From Halarcobacter sp. (GTDB lineage Bacteria; Campylobacterota; Campylobacteria; Campylobacterales; Arcobacteraceae), in NCBI GenBank assembly GCA_048571215.1, contig CP182352.1, forward strand, positions 3,040,001 to 3,104,000: a stretch of 64,000 bases of DNA. Reading direction: 5' to 3'. The notes beneath the pieces are model-generated. The model was given only the letters and a program-made list of their open reading frames with translations. It made no database searches and had not been told where the DNA came from. The position numbers and the translations under genes are program-made. Of this stretch, positions 19,994 to 29,788 are shown in pieces (the stretch's first letter is position 1; every line of letters starts with the position of its first letter).

Positions 19994-21589
19994 TTAAAAA
20001 CTTGATGCCTTACCATCACTTCTTGGGTCAAATGCCCCTTTTATAGTTTTTGATGTATCATAAACTAGAGCTCCTGCATGACCAACGGCAGAATCTAATT
20101 CACCTAAAATTTCAACATCATGACCTTTTTCTTTTAATTCATTAATCAACTTATCATCAAACCTAGATTCTAGTTTTAAACTTTGAGAGGAATTACCCCA
20201 AGTTCTTCCTAGAAGCCATCTAGGATTATTTATACAAGTTTGCAAATCTTCATTGTAATAAGCATATCTAGAAAAAACTGCTGCTTGAGTTTGTGGCTGT
20301 CCATCTCCACCCATAGTTCCATAAGCCATCACTCTTCCATCATCAAACAATGCAATTGCAGGGTTTAAGGTATGGAAAGGTTTTTTGTGTGGTTCTAAAG
20401 CTTGAATATGAGATGAGTCTAAAGCAAAACTACAACCTCTATTTTGCCAAACAATACCAGTTTCAGGCAATGTTAATCCACTTCCAAACTCATGATAAAT
20501 ACTTTGAATAGCACTTACAACTCTACCTTCTAAATCTATTGCACCAAACCAAGTTGTATCACCAGGTGCTGCATTTTCTCCCCAAGGTAAAGCTTTTTCT
20601 AAATCTATCTCTTTACTTAATTCATCAAGATATTCAGGTTCAAGCCAAGCTTGAAGCTCTTCAAATGTGGCAGCAGTATTCATTTTATCTCTGTGTCTAA
20701 AGGCGATTTTAGTAGCCTCTACTAATAAATGAACATGATTTGTAGAATCTTTTTGTGGTAATTTTTCTACCCATCTATCAAATAAACCTAAAATCATAAG
20801 TGAAGTAACACCTTGAGTTGGGGCTGAAGCATTGAACAACTTTGCATTACTTGTTTTCATCTGCAAAGCTTTATTCCAAGAAGCGTGATGTTCATTTAAA
20901 TCTTTATGTGATAATAAAGAATCCCTTTGCTTTAAATCATTTGAAATATCTTGGGATAAACTTCCTCTGTAAAAATCATCATATCCGTTAACTCCAAGAG
21001 TATTAAGTGTTTTTCCTAATTTTTCTTGAACAAGTGTTTCCCCTTTTTGAGGTACCTTTCCCTTTGGATAATAGATACTTGCAAAATATGAATCTTTTAT
21101 TAATTCATCTTTTTTCTCTTCTAGTGTTTGAGATAAAGATTCTGTAACTATAATTCCATTTGTTGCTGAGTTTACTGCTTCATCTACAAGTTTTGAAGAG
21201 GAAAGTTTCCCATCCCAATCTTTTTTACTTTTATTATATGCTAAATCCCATGCAGAAACTGCTCCTGCGACACTATTGGCAGCTAATCTTCCCCTAAAAG
21301 GAATAGAATCTAAACCTTCATAAGCACTCATATTTACATCAAATCCAGAGAATCCAGAAGCTTCAATAAAACTAACACCCTCTTTAGGGTCATAAATCAA
21401 CCAAAATGCATCTCCACCTATTCCCGTCATATGAGGATAGTGTACTGCTAAAGATGAGGCAACTGCAATTGAAGCTTCAATTGCATTTCCCCCTTGTTTT
21501 AAAATTTCAAGTCCTGCATCTGAGGCACAATGGTGTGGTGAAACTACCATACCATTTTTTGATACTTCTGTTTTAGGTAAGTTATTCAT
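19994..21589 (-). CDS. hpxW: Gamma-glutamyltranspeptidase-family Ntn hydrolase, HpxW (oxamate amidohydrolase)-like
   Basis: YPHMTGIGGDAFWL, GD|TTW autocleavage Thr, IQSIYHEFGSG, PFHTLNPA, MGGDGQPQTQAA and PRWLLGRTWG..S.SLKLESRF match the recalled Klebsiella HpxW subfamily. No signal peptide. Confidence 0.75.
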   Translation of the reverse strand: MNNLPKTEVSKNGMVVSPHHCASDAGLEILKQGGNAIEASIAVASSLAVHYPHMTGIGGDAFWLIYDPKEGVSFIEASGFSGFDVNMSAYEGLDSIPFRGRLAANSVAGAVSAWDLAYNKSKKDWDGKLSSSKLVDEAVNSATNGIIVTESLSQTLEEKKDELIKDSYFASIYYPKGKVPQKGETLVQEKLGKTLNTLGVNGYDDFYRGSLSQDISNDLKQRDSLLSHKDLNEHHASWNKALQMKTSNAKLFNASAPTQGVTSLMILGLFDRWVEKLPQKDSTNHVHLLVEATKIAFRHRDKMNTAATFEELQAWLEPEYLDELSKEIDLEKALPWGENAAPGDTTWFGAIDLEGRVVSAIQSIYHEFGSGLTLPETGIVWQNRGCSFALDSSHIQALEPHKKPFHTLNPAIALFDDGRVMAYGTMGGDGQPQTQAAVFSRYAYYNEDLQTCINNPRWLLGRTWGNSSQSLKLESRFDDKLINELKEKGHDVEILGELDSAVGHAGALVYDTSKTIKGAFDPRSDGKASSF

Positions 21590-21590
21590 A

Positions 21591-22916
21591 TTACATCCAT
21601 CCTATTGCTTTTGGTAGCCAAAGGGCTATTTCTGGGAAAATCATCACCAATGCAATTACAATTATTTGAATTGCAATAAAAGGTAATACCCCCTTATAAA
21701 TCTCCATAGTTTTTATCTCTTTAGGAGCAACCCCTTTTAAGAAAAAGAGTGACCAGCCAAAGGGTGGAGTTAAAAATGATGATTGAAGGTTTAAGGCTAC
21801 TAAAATACCTAACCAAATCATATTTATATCAAGTGCATGGAATATTGGTAATACTAATGGTAAAACAATATATGATATCTCAATCCATTCTAAGAAAAAT
21901 CCTAAAACAAATAAAACCAACATCATAAATAGAATTGATCCCCACATTCCCCCTGGTATTGCTGCAAAAAGATCTTCAACTAAATAATCCCCTTCTAAAC
22001 CTCTAAAACTAAGTCCAAAAACTTGTGAGGCGATAAGAACGAACATAATCATACCAGTCACTTTCATAGTTTCATATAAAGTTTCTTTTAAAATTGCTAA
22101 ATTTAATCTTTTACTTAAAAATACAATCACTAATGCTCCAATAGCACCCATAGAAGCTGCTTCTGTAGGAGCTGCAAGGCCACCAATAATAGAACCTAAT
22201 ACGGCAAAAATCAATAAAAAAGGTGGTGCAACAGATTTAAAAAATTCAATCCATAACTCTTTTTTTGAGTAGGTATCTCTCTCCTCTTGATCAATTGGAG
22301 GAACATGATGGGGTGCAAATTTACTTAAAAGAATTATATAAACAATATAACAAGTAGCTAAAAGTAATCCCGGCATTAATGCAGCAGCAAATAAAGGACC
22401 AATAGCTTCTCCACTAATATCAGCAAGTAAGATTAAAACTAAACTTGGTGGTAAAATTTGTCCTAATGTTCCAGAAGCACAAATGGTACCGCAGGATACA
22501 CTATGACTATAATTTCTTTTTAAAAGTGTTGGTAAAGCAATCATAGTTAAAGTAACAACTGTTGCACCAACAATACCTGTTGACGCACCCATTAAAATAC
22601 CAACTACAATTATAGCAATTGCCATGCCACCAGGTTTTTTACCAGATAATAATCCTAAAACATCAAGCATCTTTTCTGCTAAGCGGGATTTTTCCAATAA
22701 AATACCCATAAAAACAAAAAGTGGTACTGCCAATAAAGTATAGTTTGTTAATACACCAAAAATTCTTGAAGGCAAAAGATTAAATAGATTTAAATCAACT
22801 CCTATAACCCCAAAAAATAAACCAGCCCCTGCAATTGCAAAAGCAACAGGAACTCCCAATAGTATAAGCGCAAAAAGGGATACAACCATCATAATTGCTA
22901 ATATTTGTGGATCCAT
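21591..22916 (-). CDS. dctM: TRAP transporter large permease
   Basis: LLAVPLFVFMG, SGTLGQILPPS, PTEAASMGA and SFLTPPFG. Confidence 0.92.
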   Translation of the reverse strand: MDPQILAIMMVVSLFALILLGVPVAFAIAGAGLFFGVIGVDLNLFNLLPSRIFGVLTNYTLLAVPLFVFMGILLEKSRLAEKMLDVLGLLSGKKPGGMAIAIIVVGILMGASTGIVGATVVTLTMIALPTLLKRNYSHSVSCGTICASGTLGQILPPSLVLILLADISGEAIGPLFAAALMPGLLLATCYIVYIILLSKFAPHHVPPIDQEERDTYSKKELWIEFFKSVAPPFLLIFAVLGSIIGGLAAPTEAASMGAIGALVIVFLSKRLNLAILKETLYETMKVTGMIMFVLIASQVFGLSFRGLEGDYLVEDLFAAIPGGMWGSILFMMLVLFVLGFFLEWIEISYIVLPLVLPIFHALDINMIWLGILVALNLQSSFLTPPFGWSLFFLKGVAPKEIKTMEIYKGVLPFIAIQIIVIALVMIFPEIALWLPKAIGWM

Positions 22917-22919
22917 AGC

Positions 22920-23429
22920 CTACTTTTCCCCTTTTATATGTGATATAGCTCTAAATAGAACTGCTAACCCTTGTACTAAAATCAGTGTGAATCCTAAAGG
23001 GATAAGTGATTTTACTAAATATCGATATGGTAAACCTCCAGGGTCAGGAGAAACCTCACCAGTTACATAAGATTGCATTACATATTGACTTGATAGATAA
23101 ATGATAAAAAGTGAAAATGGAATAATAATTAGTAATGGGATTAAAACATCCATCCAAACTTTTACATTTTTACTGTAATGGTGATAAAAAAGATCAACTC
23201 TTACATGTTCACCTTGTTGAAATGTAAATGCAGAACCAAACATTGCAATTGCTGCTAATATATGCCATTGAAGCTCTTGCTCAGCAATTGAACTTACATG
23301 AAAAAAATATCTAAAAAGAACATCCCCTGAAACCTGAAGAACCAAAATAAAAATCAACCAAGAACTTATTTGACCGATACGTTCTATGAACGTATCAAGT
23401 CTATTTGAAATATTTAATAAGTTTATCAT
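22920..23429 (-). CDS. dctQ: TRAP transporter small permease
   Basis: Four TM helices, ELQW, EHVRVD and SPDPGGLP. Confidence 0.9.
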   Translation of the reverse strand: MINLLNISNRLDTFIERIGQISSWLIFILVLQVSGDVLFRYFFHVSSIAEQELQWHILAAIAMFGSAFTFQQGEHVRVDLFYHHYSKNVKVWMDVLIPLLIIIPFSLFIIYLSSQYVMQSYVTGEVSPDPGGLPYRYLVKSLIPLGFTLILVQGLAVLFRAISHIKGEK

Positions 23430-24523
23430 GATGATAACTTAGTCATCACAACTTCTTCACTTTTATTTTGCCAATCATCGTGCATTGCTTTAAAAGCAAA
23501 GTAACTGTCGTGAACTTTTTTTACTAAAGGATCTTTTGCTGTAAGTTTGTCATATGTAGCAAATGTCACTTCTCTTAATTTTTCAATAACTGAATCTGGT
23601 AATGTTTTAGCAATTACCCCTTGATTTTTAACTAAATCTTCTAGTGCTTCTGAGTTATTTGCTTCAGACCATGAAAGTCCCATAAGATTACATTCAGCAG
23701 CAACTGTTTTTACGATTGCTTGTAAATCTTTTGGTAATGAATTCCAAGCATCTTTATTAATTAGACACTCACTTGTATTACTTGGTTCTCCCCAACCTGT
23801 AGTATAATAATATTTAGCAGCTTTTTGGAATCCCATTCTTCTATCTTGGAAAGGTCCAACAAATTCAGCCGCATCTATAACACCCCTTTCAAGTGCAGGG
23901 AAAATTTCACCACCTGGAAGAAGTTTAACACTAACTCCTAACTGCTCTAATACTTTACCTGCAAGCCCTGGAACTCTCATTCTAAGACCATTTAAATCTT
24001 CAACATTATTAATCTCTTTTTTGAACCATCCTGTCATTTGTACACCAGTATTTCCTGCTGCAAGACCTATAACATTAAATGGTTTATATACTTCATCCCA
24101 TAACTCTTGTCCTCCACCAAATTGAAGCCAAGCATTTGTTCCTTGAAAATTCATACCAAATGGCACTGCTGTAAAGTATTGTGCTGCAAAAGTTTTACCT
24201 GCCCAAAAAAATGAGTTACCCCAGTTCATTTGAATAGTTCCTTTTGAAACTGCATCAAAACCTTCCATTGCAGGTATAAGTTCACCAGCAGGATAATGTT
24301 TAATTCTTAATCTTCCATCAGACAACTCTTCAATTCTTTTACAAAAATATTCTGCACTTCCTGGTCCTTTTGAATAAAAAGGAGCTCCTGCACCATAGCA
24401 GTTTGTCATCTTCCATCTAAATTTTTTATCAGAACTTGCATTTGCGATACTTGGACCAGCAACTGCTGTACCTAAACCTAATAACCCTGTTTTCTTTATG
24501 AAATTTCTTCTATTTTCAATCAT
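23426..24523 (-). CDS. dctP: TRAP substrate-binding protein, Tat-exported, TakP-like subfamily
   Basis: RRNFIK twin-arginine signal, GNTGVQMTGWF, LRMRVPG and LERGVIDAAEFVGP. Confidence 0.9.
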   Translation of the reverse strand: MIENRRNFIKKTGLLGLGTAVAGPSIANASSDKKFRWKMTNCYGAGAPFYSKGPGSAEYFCKRIEELSDGRLRIKHYPAGELIPAMEGFDAVSKGTIQMNWGNSFFWAGKTFAAQYFTAVPFGMNFQGTNAWLQFGGGQELWDEVYKPFNVIGLAAGNTGVQMTGWFKKEINNVEDLNGLRMRVPGLAGKVLEQLGVSVKLLPGGEIFPALERGVIDAAEFVGPFQDRRMGFQKAAKYYYTTGWGEPSNTSECLINKDAWNSLPKDLQAIVKTVAAECNLMGLSWSEANNSEALEDLVKNQGVIAKTLPDSVIEKLREVTFATYDKLTAKDPLVKKVHDSYFAFKAMHDDWQNKSEEVVMTKLSS

Positions 24524-24649
24524 GTTATTCCTTATTAATGTTTTATTTAAATTTAGAGTGAATCATCAAATGATATTAATCTAAACATGTTTGATAGGTG
24601 TATTCTATAACGTGGGTAGTTTTTTGTAAAGATATTTTTTAGCAATAAC

Positions 24650-24690
24650 TATACATTCAAAATGTATATTATATATACAATAAATGTATA
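24650..24690. promoter_or_regulatory. Array of four TGTATA/TATACA half-sites in the divergent dctP-allA promoter region (GntR-type)
   Basis: TATACA at 24650, TGTATA at 24663, TATACA at 24674, TGTATA at 24685. Confidence 0.45.
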
Positions 24691-24856
24691 TTTTTTATGC
24701 AAAATTAGGGCTCTAGCTTTACACTAATTATAATTGAACTTATGCTATCATCTAAATTCAAACCAGCTAATAAGAACCATAAATAAACTGATATAATAAA
24801 GTATTTTTTAGTTGGATTTAATTTTAATAAATAAGAAAATGAGTTTAAAATATAAT

Positions 24857-25372
24857 ATGAAAATAGAAATAAAACCAAAACCACTTACAAAAGAAGCATT
24901 CAAAAAATTTGGTGAAGTAATAGAAAAAGATGACATGGAATCTATGATTATAAATAGAGGATATGCAAAAAAATTTGAAACTTGTATTATGGATTCAAAT
25001 GAGAAGAGTGGTAGCCTAAGTTTACATATATACATAGGCAAAAAAAGAGAATTCCCTTTGCATATAGATATGTTAGAAAAACATCCTTTTTTTTCACAAA
25101 CATTTTTACCAAGAAGTAAGGAACCCTTTTATAGCGTAGTTGCCCTAGGGGGAAGAGAACCTGATTTATCAACCTTAGAAATATTTGAAACAGATGGTGA
25201 ACAAGGGATACTTCTTAATAAAAGTACTTGGCATTTTTCACTACTTTGCATAAAAGATAAAGAAGAGTTCTTTGTAATAGATAAAGTAAGTACAAAGCAA
25301 AAAGGGAAAAACTTAGTTGAATGTATTGAACACAATATAAAAGATAAGCAAATTTATTTGGTTAGAGACTAA
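24857..25372 (+). CDS. allA: Ureidoglycolate lyase, copy 1
   Basis: PLTKEAFKKFGEVI, INRG, MLEKHPFFSQTFLP and TWH. Start set by comparison with the paralog at 44172. Confidence 0.85.
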   Translation: MKIEIKPKPLTKEAFKKFGEVIEKDDMESMIINRGYAKKFETCIMDSNEKSGSLSLHIYIGKKREFPLHIDMLEKHPFFSQTFLPRSKEPFYSVVALGGREPDLSTLEIFETDGEQGILLNKSTWHFSLLCIKDKEEFFVIDKVSTKQKGKNLVECIEHNIKDKQIYLVRD

Positions 25373-25374
25373 CA

Positions 25375-26124
25375 ATGAGTATATCAATTGAGTTTAAAAA
25401 TAATACTTTTAATTTAAATAAACTAAATCTACCATCGCGGTATTTTTATTTTCAAAAACCAGAAAACTACATAAAACTTCTAAGTATTGGGGAGGGTATC
25501 TTCCCAAAAGATAGAATAAAAACAAAACTAAACTTGAGCAACTCTAACTTAGTTTTAACAACAGAATCAGCAACAAAAGTTTATGCAAGCGAAGAAGATT
25601 TTGGGATAAATAGTATAAATATCTCTTTAGAAAACTCCAATTTAGAGGTTCTAAATGATGAATTAATCTTATTTAAAAACTCAAAACTTTTACAATTTCT
25701 AAATATAAAAAGTGATGATAAGTCAACTTTTTTTTATAGTGATATCTTAACACAGGGTAGAAGTTATGAACACTTTGATTTTCAAGACTTAAAAGTTAGA
25801 AATAGATTCTACAACGAAGGAAGATTAGAGTATCTTGAAAATTTTGAAGTACAAGGTAATGATTTAAAAAAGTATATAAAAAGGCATGATGAAGCAAACT
25901 ATATATATTTAAAGTGTTATATAAAACTTCATAAAAATGAAAACTTTTTAAATATTCTTCATGAAAAAGGGTTTAACTCTTTTGGATATACTAAAACAAA
26001 AAAGATTATAATAGGAACCTTCAGTTCTAAAAATATGAATGAGATAAAAAAATTACAAAAAAAGATTTGGTACCTTTATAGAGAAGCATTAGAAAAAAAT
26101 CATTTCGATTTAGGGAAACAATAG
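25375..26124 (+). CDS. ureD: Urease accessory protein UreD/UreH
   Basis: GEGIFPKD, LTTESATKVY and DILTQGR...EHFDF motifs. Confidence 0.8.
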   Translation: MSISIEFKNNTFNLNKLNLPSRYFYFQKPENYIKLLSIGEGIFPKDRIKTKLNLSNSNLVLTTESATKVYASEEDFGINSINISLENSNLEVLNDELILFKNSKLLQFLNIKSDDKSTFFYSDILTQGRSYEHFDFQDLKVRNRFYNEGRLEYLENFEVQGNDLKKYIKRHDEANYIYLKCYIKLHKNENFLNILHEKGFNSFGYTKTKKIIIGTFSSKNMNEIKKLQKKIWYLYREALEKNHFDLGKQ

Positions 26125-26152
26125 ATTATTTTATATTAATAAAAAGGTTAAA

Positions 26153-27319
26153 ATGCAAAACTCAATAAATAAAACCTCCCTCGCACTTTTTTTTATAGTA
26201 TCTGTAATCTTTTCTACCATCTATACCCCACAAGCAATATTACCAGTGTTAAAACAGACTTTTCAGATTAGCGTGTTAGAAACTAATCTATTGCTCTCTG
26301 GCATGTTGTTTGTTTTGATGATTTCAACACCTTTTTATATTCCCATATCAAATCGTTTTGGTAAGAAAAATATTATGATATTTTGTACTTTCTTCCTTTT
26401 TCTTTCTGTTTTATTATCATCTATAACTTCAAATTTTTATGTTCTTCTTTTTAGTAGATTTTTACAAGGAGTATTTGTACCTGGGATAACAGCAATTATG
26501 CTCTCTTATGTTCAAGAGATTTATCCAAAAAACCATCGAGGTTTAGGTATGGGTATTTATATGGCAGCAACTAGTTTTGGTGCTGTTATGGGAAGACTAT
26601 TAGCTGGATGGATTACTTTTTTATACTCATGGAGAATTGCTTTTTTAGTATTTGCTATTCTTTTATTTATTGCCTTTTTATCAATGATTTTTGCTTTACC
26701 AGTTAACAAAACAGAAATAGCAAATAAAAGAGTGATTAATAAAGATGCATTATTTAATTTCCTTTCAAATATAAAAATATTATCAGTATTGATTATTCCC
26801 ACTGTAGTATTTTTCTCATTTATGGCAATTTCAACTTTTGCCACATATCATTTAGCCCAAGAACCTTTTAATTTAGATGCTAGTCAATTGGGTAATATAT
26901 TTTTAGTCTTACTATTAGGGGTGATTATAAGTCCCCTTGCTGGGAGATATTCAGATATTATTGGAAGATTAAGAATTATATATTTAGGTATTGCCATTTT
27001 AATCTTAGGTATATTTTTAACCCTATCCCAATCAATTAGTTTAGTAATAGCTGGACTTGGGCTTGTAACTATGGGAATGTTTTCTGTGCAATCAGTTACA
27101 CCCACTTATCTTGGAGAATTAGTACCTGAAAATAAAGCTACAATATCTATTTTGTATCAAGGTTTCTTTTATCTTGGTGGTTGCTTAGGAACTTTCTTAC
27201 CATCAATTTTTTGGGAATACTACAACTATAATGGGGTAGCATTCTTTTGTGTCTTTTTACTTTTTATTTTAATTGCCATTTTAACTTTTCAAAATTTCTT
27301 TACTATAAAAAAGGCTTGA
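26153..27319 (+). CDS. MFS transporter (YnfM-like)
   Basis: About 12 TM helices, IYTPQAILP, SNRFGKK, RFLQG and MGIYMAATSFGAVMGR. Confidence 0.85.
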   Translation: MQNSINKTSLALFFIVSVIFSTIYTPQAILPVLKQTFQISVLETNLLLSGMLFVLMISTPFYIPISNRFGKKNIMIFCTFFLFLSVLLSSITSNFYVLLFSRFLQGVFVPGITAIMLSYVQEIYPKNHRGLGMGIYMAATSFGAVMGRLLAGWITFLYSWRIAFLVFAILLFIAFLSMIFALPVNKTEIANKRVINKDALFNFLSNIKILSVLIIPTVVFFSFMAISTFATYHLAQEPFNLDASQLGNIFLVLLLGVIISPLAGRYSDIIGRLRIIYLGIAILILGIFLTLSQSISLVIAGLGLVTMGMFSVQSVTPTYLGELVPENKATISILYQGFFYLGGCLGTFLPSIFWEYYNYNGVAFFCVFLLFILIAILTFQNFFTIKKA

Positions 27320-27407
27320 GTTAATTCTTTAAAATTTATTAAATTTTTTAAGAATATTTAACTATTTTCTATAATAAGGACACAATTGCTTAATAAATAT
27401 ACAGATA

Positions 27408-27450
27408 TGTCGTTAGATTACTAGACTTCATCTTTTTTTACCTTTATAAT
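27408..27450 (+). promoter_or_regulatory. sigma70 promoter with upstream activator box (copy 1, predicted AraC site)
   Basis: TGTCGTTagaTTaCTAgACTT overlaps -35 TAGACT, then 17 nt, then TATAAT at 27445. Confidence 0.65.
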
Positions 27451-27514
27451 AAATTTGTTATTAATACGATATTTCTAAATAGTATTGAATAAAAGATGGA
27501 GGTAAATAACTAGT

Positions 27515-27610
27515 ATGCAAAAAAGTGTTAGCTTAAATATTAATATAGGTAATATGCCTATAGATCTACATTTCATACCAAATTTAATCAATACCCAAAA
27601 GGAGGAGTAA
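27515..27610 (+). CDS. Candidate 31-aa leader peptide (MQKSVSLNINIGNMPIDLHFIPNLINTQKEE)
   Basis: Has its own GGAGG at 27498. Its stop overlaps the downstream ATG (TAATG). Confidence 0.35.
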   Translation: MQKSVSLNINIGNMPIDLHFIPNLINTQKEE

Positions 27611-28710
27611 TGGATTCTTCTTATGTAGTTTTCAAAAATGTTAAGAAAACCTATGACAATAAAAAATTGGTTGTAAAAGATTTTAATGTAGATGTAAAAA
27701 AAGGTGAGTTTCTAACTATGCTTGGACCATCAGGAAGTGGTAAAACTACATGTTTAATGATGCTTGCAGGGTTTGAGAGTATTAGTAGTGGAGAGATTTT
27801 ATTAAATGGAAAAACAATAAATGATATCCCTCCATATAAAAGAAATATCGGTGTAGTTTTTCAAAACTATGCATTGTTTCCACATATGACAATCTCAGAA
27901 AATCTAGCTTACCCATTGAAAATTAGAAAAATGGATAAAGCAACAATAAAACAGAAGGTTGAAAAAGCACTTTCTTTAGTTGAACTATTAGATTTTGAAA
28001 ATAGATATCCAACTCAACTCTCAGGTGGTCAAAAACAGCGTGTTGCACTGGCAAGAGTTTTAATCTATGAACCAGAGATTATCTTGATGGATGAGCCTTT
28101 AGGTGCTTTAGATAAAAAACTAAGAGAACAGATGCAATATGAAATCAAAAGAATACATGATGAGCTAAAACTTACAATCATCTATATTACACACGATCAA
28201 ACAGAAGCTCTTACTATGTCAGACAGGATAGTTATCTTTAATGATGGGGTAGCACAACAAATTGATGCTCCTAAAAAACTTTATGAAGAACCTGCTAATT
28301 CATTTGTTGCAAACTTTATGGGAGACAACAATCAGATTAAAGGTAAAGTTATAGGTGATTGTAGTGATGAAAAAGGGATTATAGATGTTGAAACAAAATT
28401 TGGTATTGTAAAAGCACTAAATGTAAACAACTATAAAACAGGAACTAAAACAATCATCTCGATCAGACCTGAAAATGTTCTAATTGATCCAGATTCAAGC
28501 TTAGGTATAAAAAATATCTTTGAAGCAACTATCAAAGATCTTTTATATATTGGGGATCACTTAAGGTTAATACTGACAATTGGCAATGATAACCATGAGG
28601 TAGTAAGTAGACATAATGTTTCAAGGGATTCAGAAACTTATAAAAAGGGTGATGTTGTAAAAGTGGGATGGCATAGAAGAGACTCTCGTGCACTTGATTT
28701 CAACATATAA
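27610..28710 (+). CDS. ABC transporter ATP-binding protein, PotA-like
   Basis: GPSGSGKT, VFQNYALFPHM, LSGGQKQRVALAR and a TOBE-like C-terminus. Confidence 0.9.
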   Translation: MDSSYVVFKNVKKTYDNKKLVVKDFNVDVKKGEFLTMLGPSGSGKTTCLMMLAGFESISSGEILLNGKTINDIPPYKRNIGVVFQNYALFPHMTISENLAYPLKIRKMDKATIKQKVEKALSLVELLDFENRYPTQLSGGQKQRVALARVLIYEPEIILMDEPLGALDKKLREQMQYEIKRIHDELKLTIIYITHDQTEALTMSDRIVIFNDGVAQQIDAPKKLYEEPANSFVANFMGDNNQIKGKVIGDCSDEKGIIDVETKFGIVKALNVNNYKTGTKTIISIRPENVLIDPDSSLGIKNIFEATIKDLLYIGDHLRLILTIGNDNHEVVSRHNVSRDSETYKKGDVVKVGWHRRDSRALDFNI

Positions 28711-28736
28711 ATAAAAATATTTAAAAAGGAAAAATA

Positions 28737-29759
28737 ATGAAAAAAATAGTATTAGCAGCAACTTTGACAGTAGCAAGTTTATTTGCAAGTAATAGTGTAA
28801 CCGTAGTATCTTTTGGAGGAGCATATAGTGATGCACAAAAGAAACATATGTTTGATCCATTTGAAAAAGACAGTGGAATAAAAGTGTTATTTGATACTTA
28901 TAAAGGTGGAACCGCAGAGATAAAAGCTCAAGTTGAATCAGGAACTGTAAAATGGGATGTGGTAGATATTGATTATGTAGACTTAGAAAAAGCATGTAGT
29001 GAGAACCTACTAGAAAAAATTGATCACTCTTTTTTACCAAAAGGTGCTAATGGTGTAGCTGCTAAAGATGACTTTTTTCCAGAGGCTTTAAAAAGTGAAT
29101 GTGCTGTTGGAAATATTTTCTGGTCAGTTGTATTTGCATACAATGATAAGTTTATTGGGAAAAATAAACCAAAGACTATGGCTGATTTTTTTAATGTGAA
29201 AAAATTCCCAGGGAAAAGAGCCCTTAAAAAAAGACCTCAAATCAACCTAGAATGGGCACTTATTGCTGATGGTGTAGCACCAAAAGATGTATATGATGTA
29301 CTTGAGACTGAAAAGGGTGTAAAAAGAGCATTTGCAAAATTAGATACTATTAAAGACTATATTGTTTGGTATGACTCATGGTCTCAAGCTCCTCAATTAT
29401 TAAATGATGGATCAGCTGTTATGGCACAAGCAGCAAATGGTAGACTTACAGATTTTAATATCATTTGGGAAGGACAAGGATTCGACCTTGGTGGTTGGGC
29501 TATTGTAAAAGGTAGTAAAAATAAAGAAGAAGCAAAAAAATTTATTGCATTTGCTACAAGAACAAAACCATTATCAGGCATGAGTGATGTAAACTATGGT
29601 GGTACTAGAAAATCAGTAGAAGCACTTCTTTCAAAAGAAAAACTAAATAAACTACCAACTTCTCACTTAGATAAAGGGTTCAAAGTAGATAGTGAGTTCT
29701 GGACAGACTTTAGTACAGAATTAAATGAGAAATTCAATATTTGGCTATTAAAAAAATAA
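28737..29759 (+). CDS. ABC substrate-binding protein, PotD/PotF superfamily
   Basis: Signal peptide, VVSFGGAY, IKAQVESG.V.WDVVD and FPGKRAL. Confidence 0.85.
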   Translation: MKKIVLAATLTVASLFASNSVTVVSFGGAYSDAQKKHMFDPFEKDSGIKVLFDTYKGGTAEIKAQVESGTVKWDVVDIDYVDLEKACSENLLEKIDHSFLPKGANGVAAKDDFFPEALKSECAVGNIFWSVVFAYNDKFIGKNKPKTMADFFNVKKFPGKRALKKRPQINLEWALIADGVAPKDVYDVLETEKGVKRAFAKLDTIKDYIVWYDSWSQAPQLLNDGSAVMAQAANGRLTDFNIIWEGQGFDLGGWAIVKGSKNKEEAKKFIAFATRTKPLSGMSDVNYGGTRKSVEALLSKEKLNKLPTSHLDKGFKVDSEFWTDFSTELNEKFNIWLLKK

Positions 29760-29788
29760 ACAATTTAAGATTTGGGAGTATATAAACT

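Noticed and set aside
27320..27610. Guanidine riboswitch upstream of the guanidino-compound operon
   Set aside because: I could not find guanidine-I, -II (paired ACGA/ACGG hairpins) or -III signatures by eye. An Rfam scan would be decisive.
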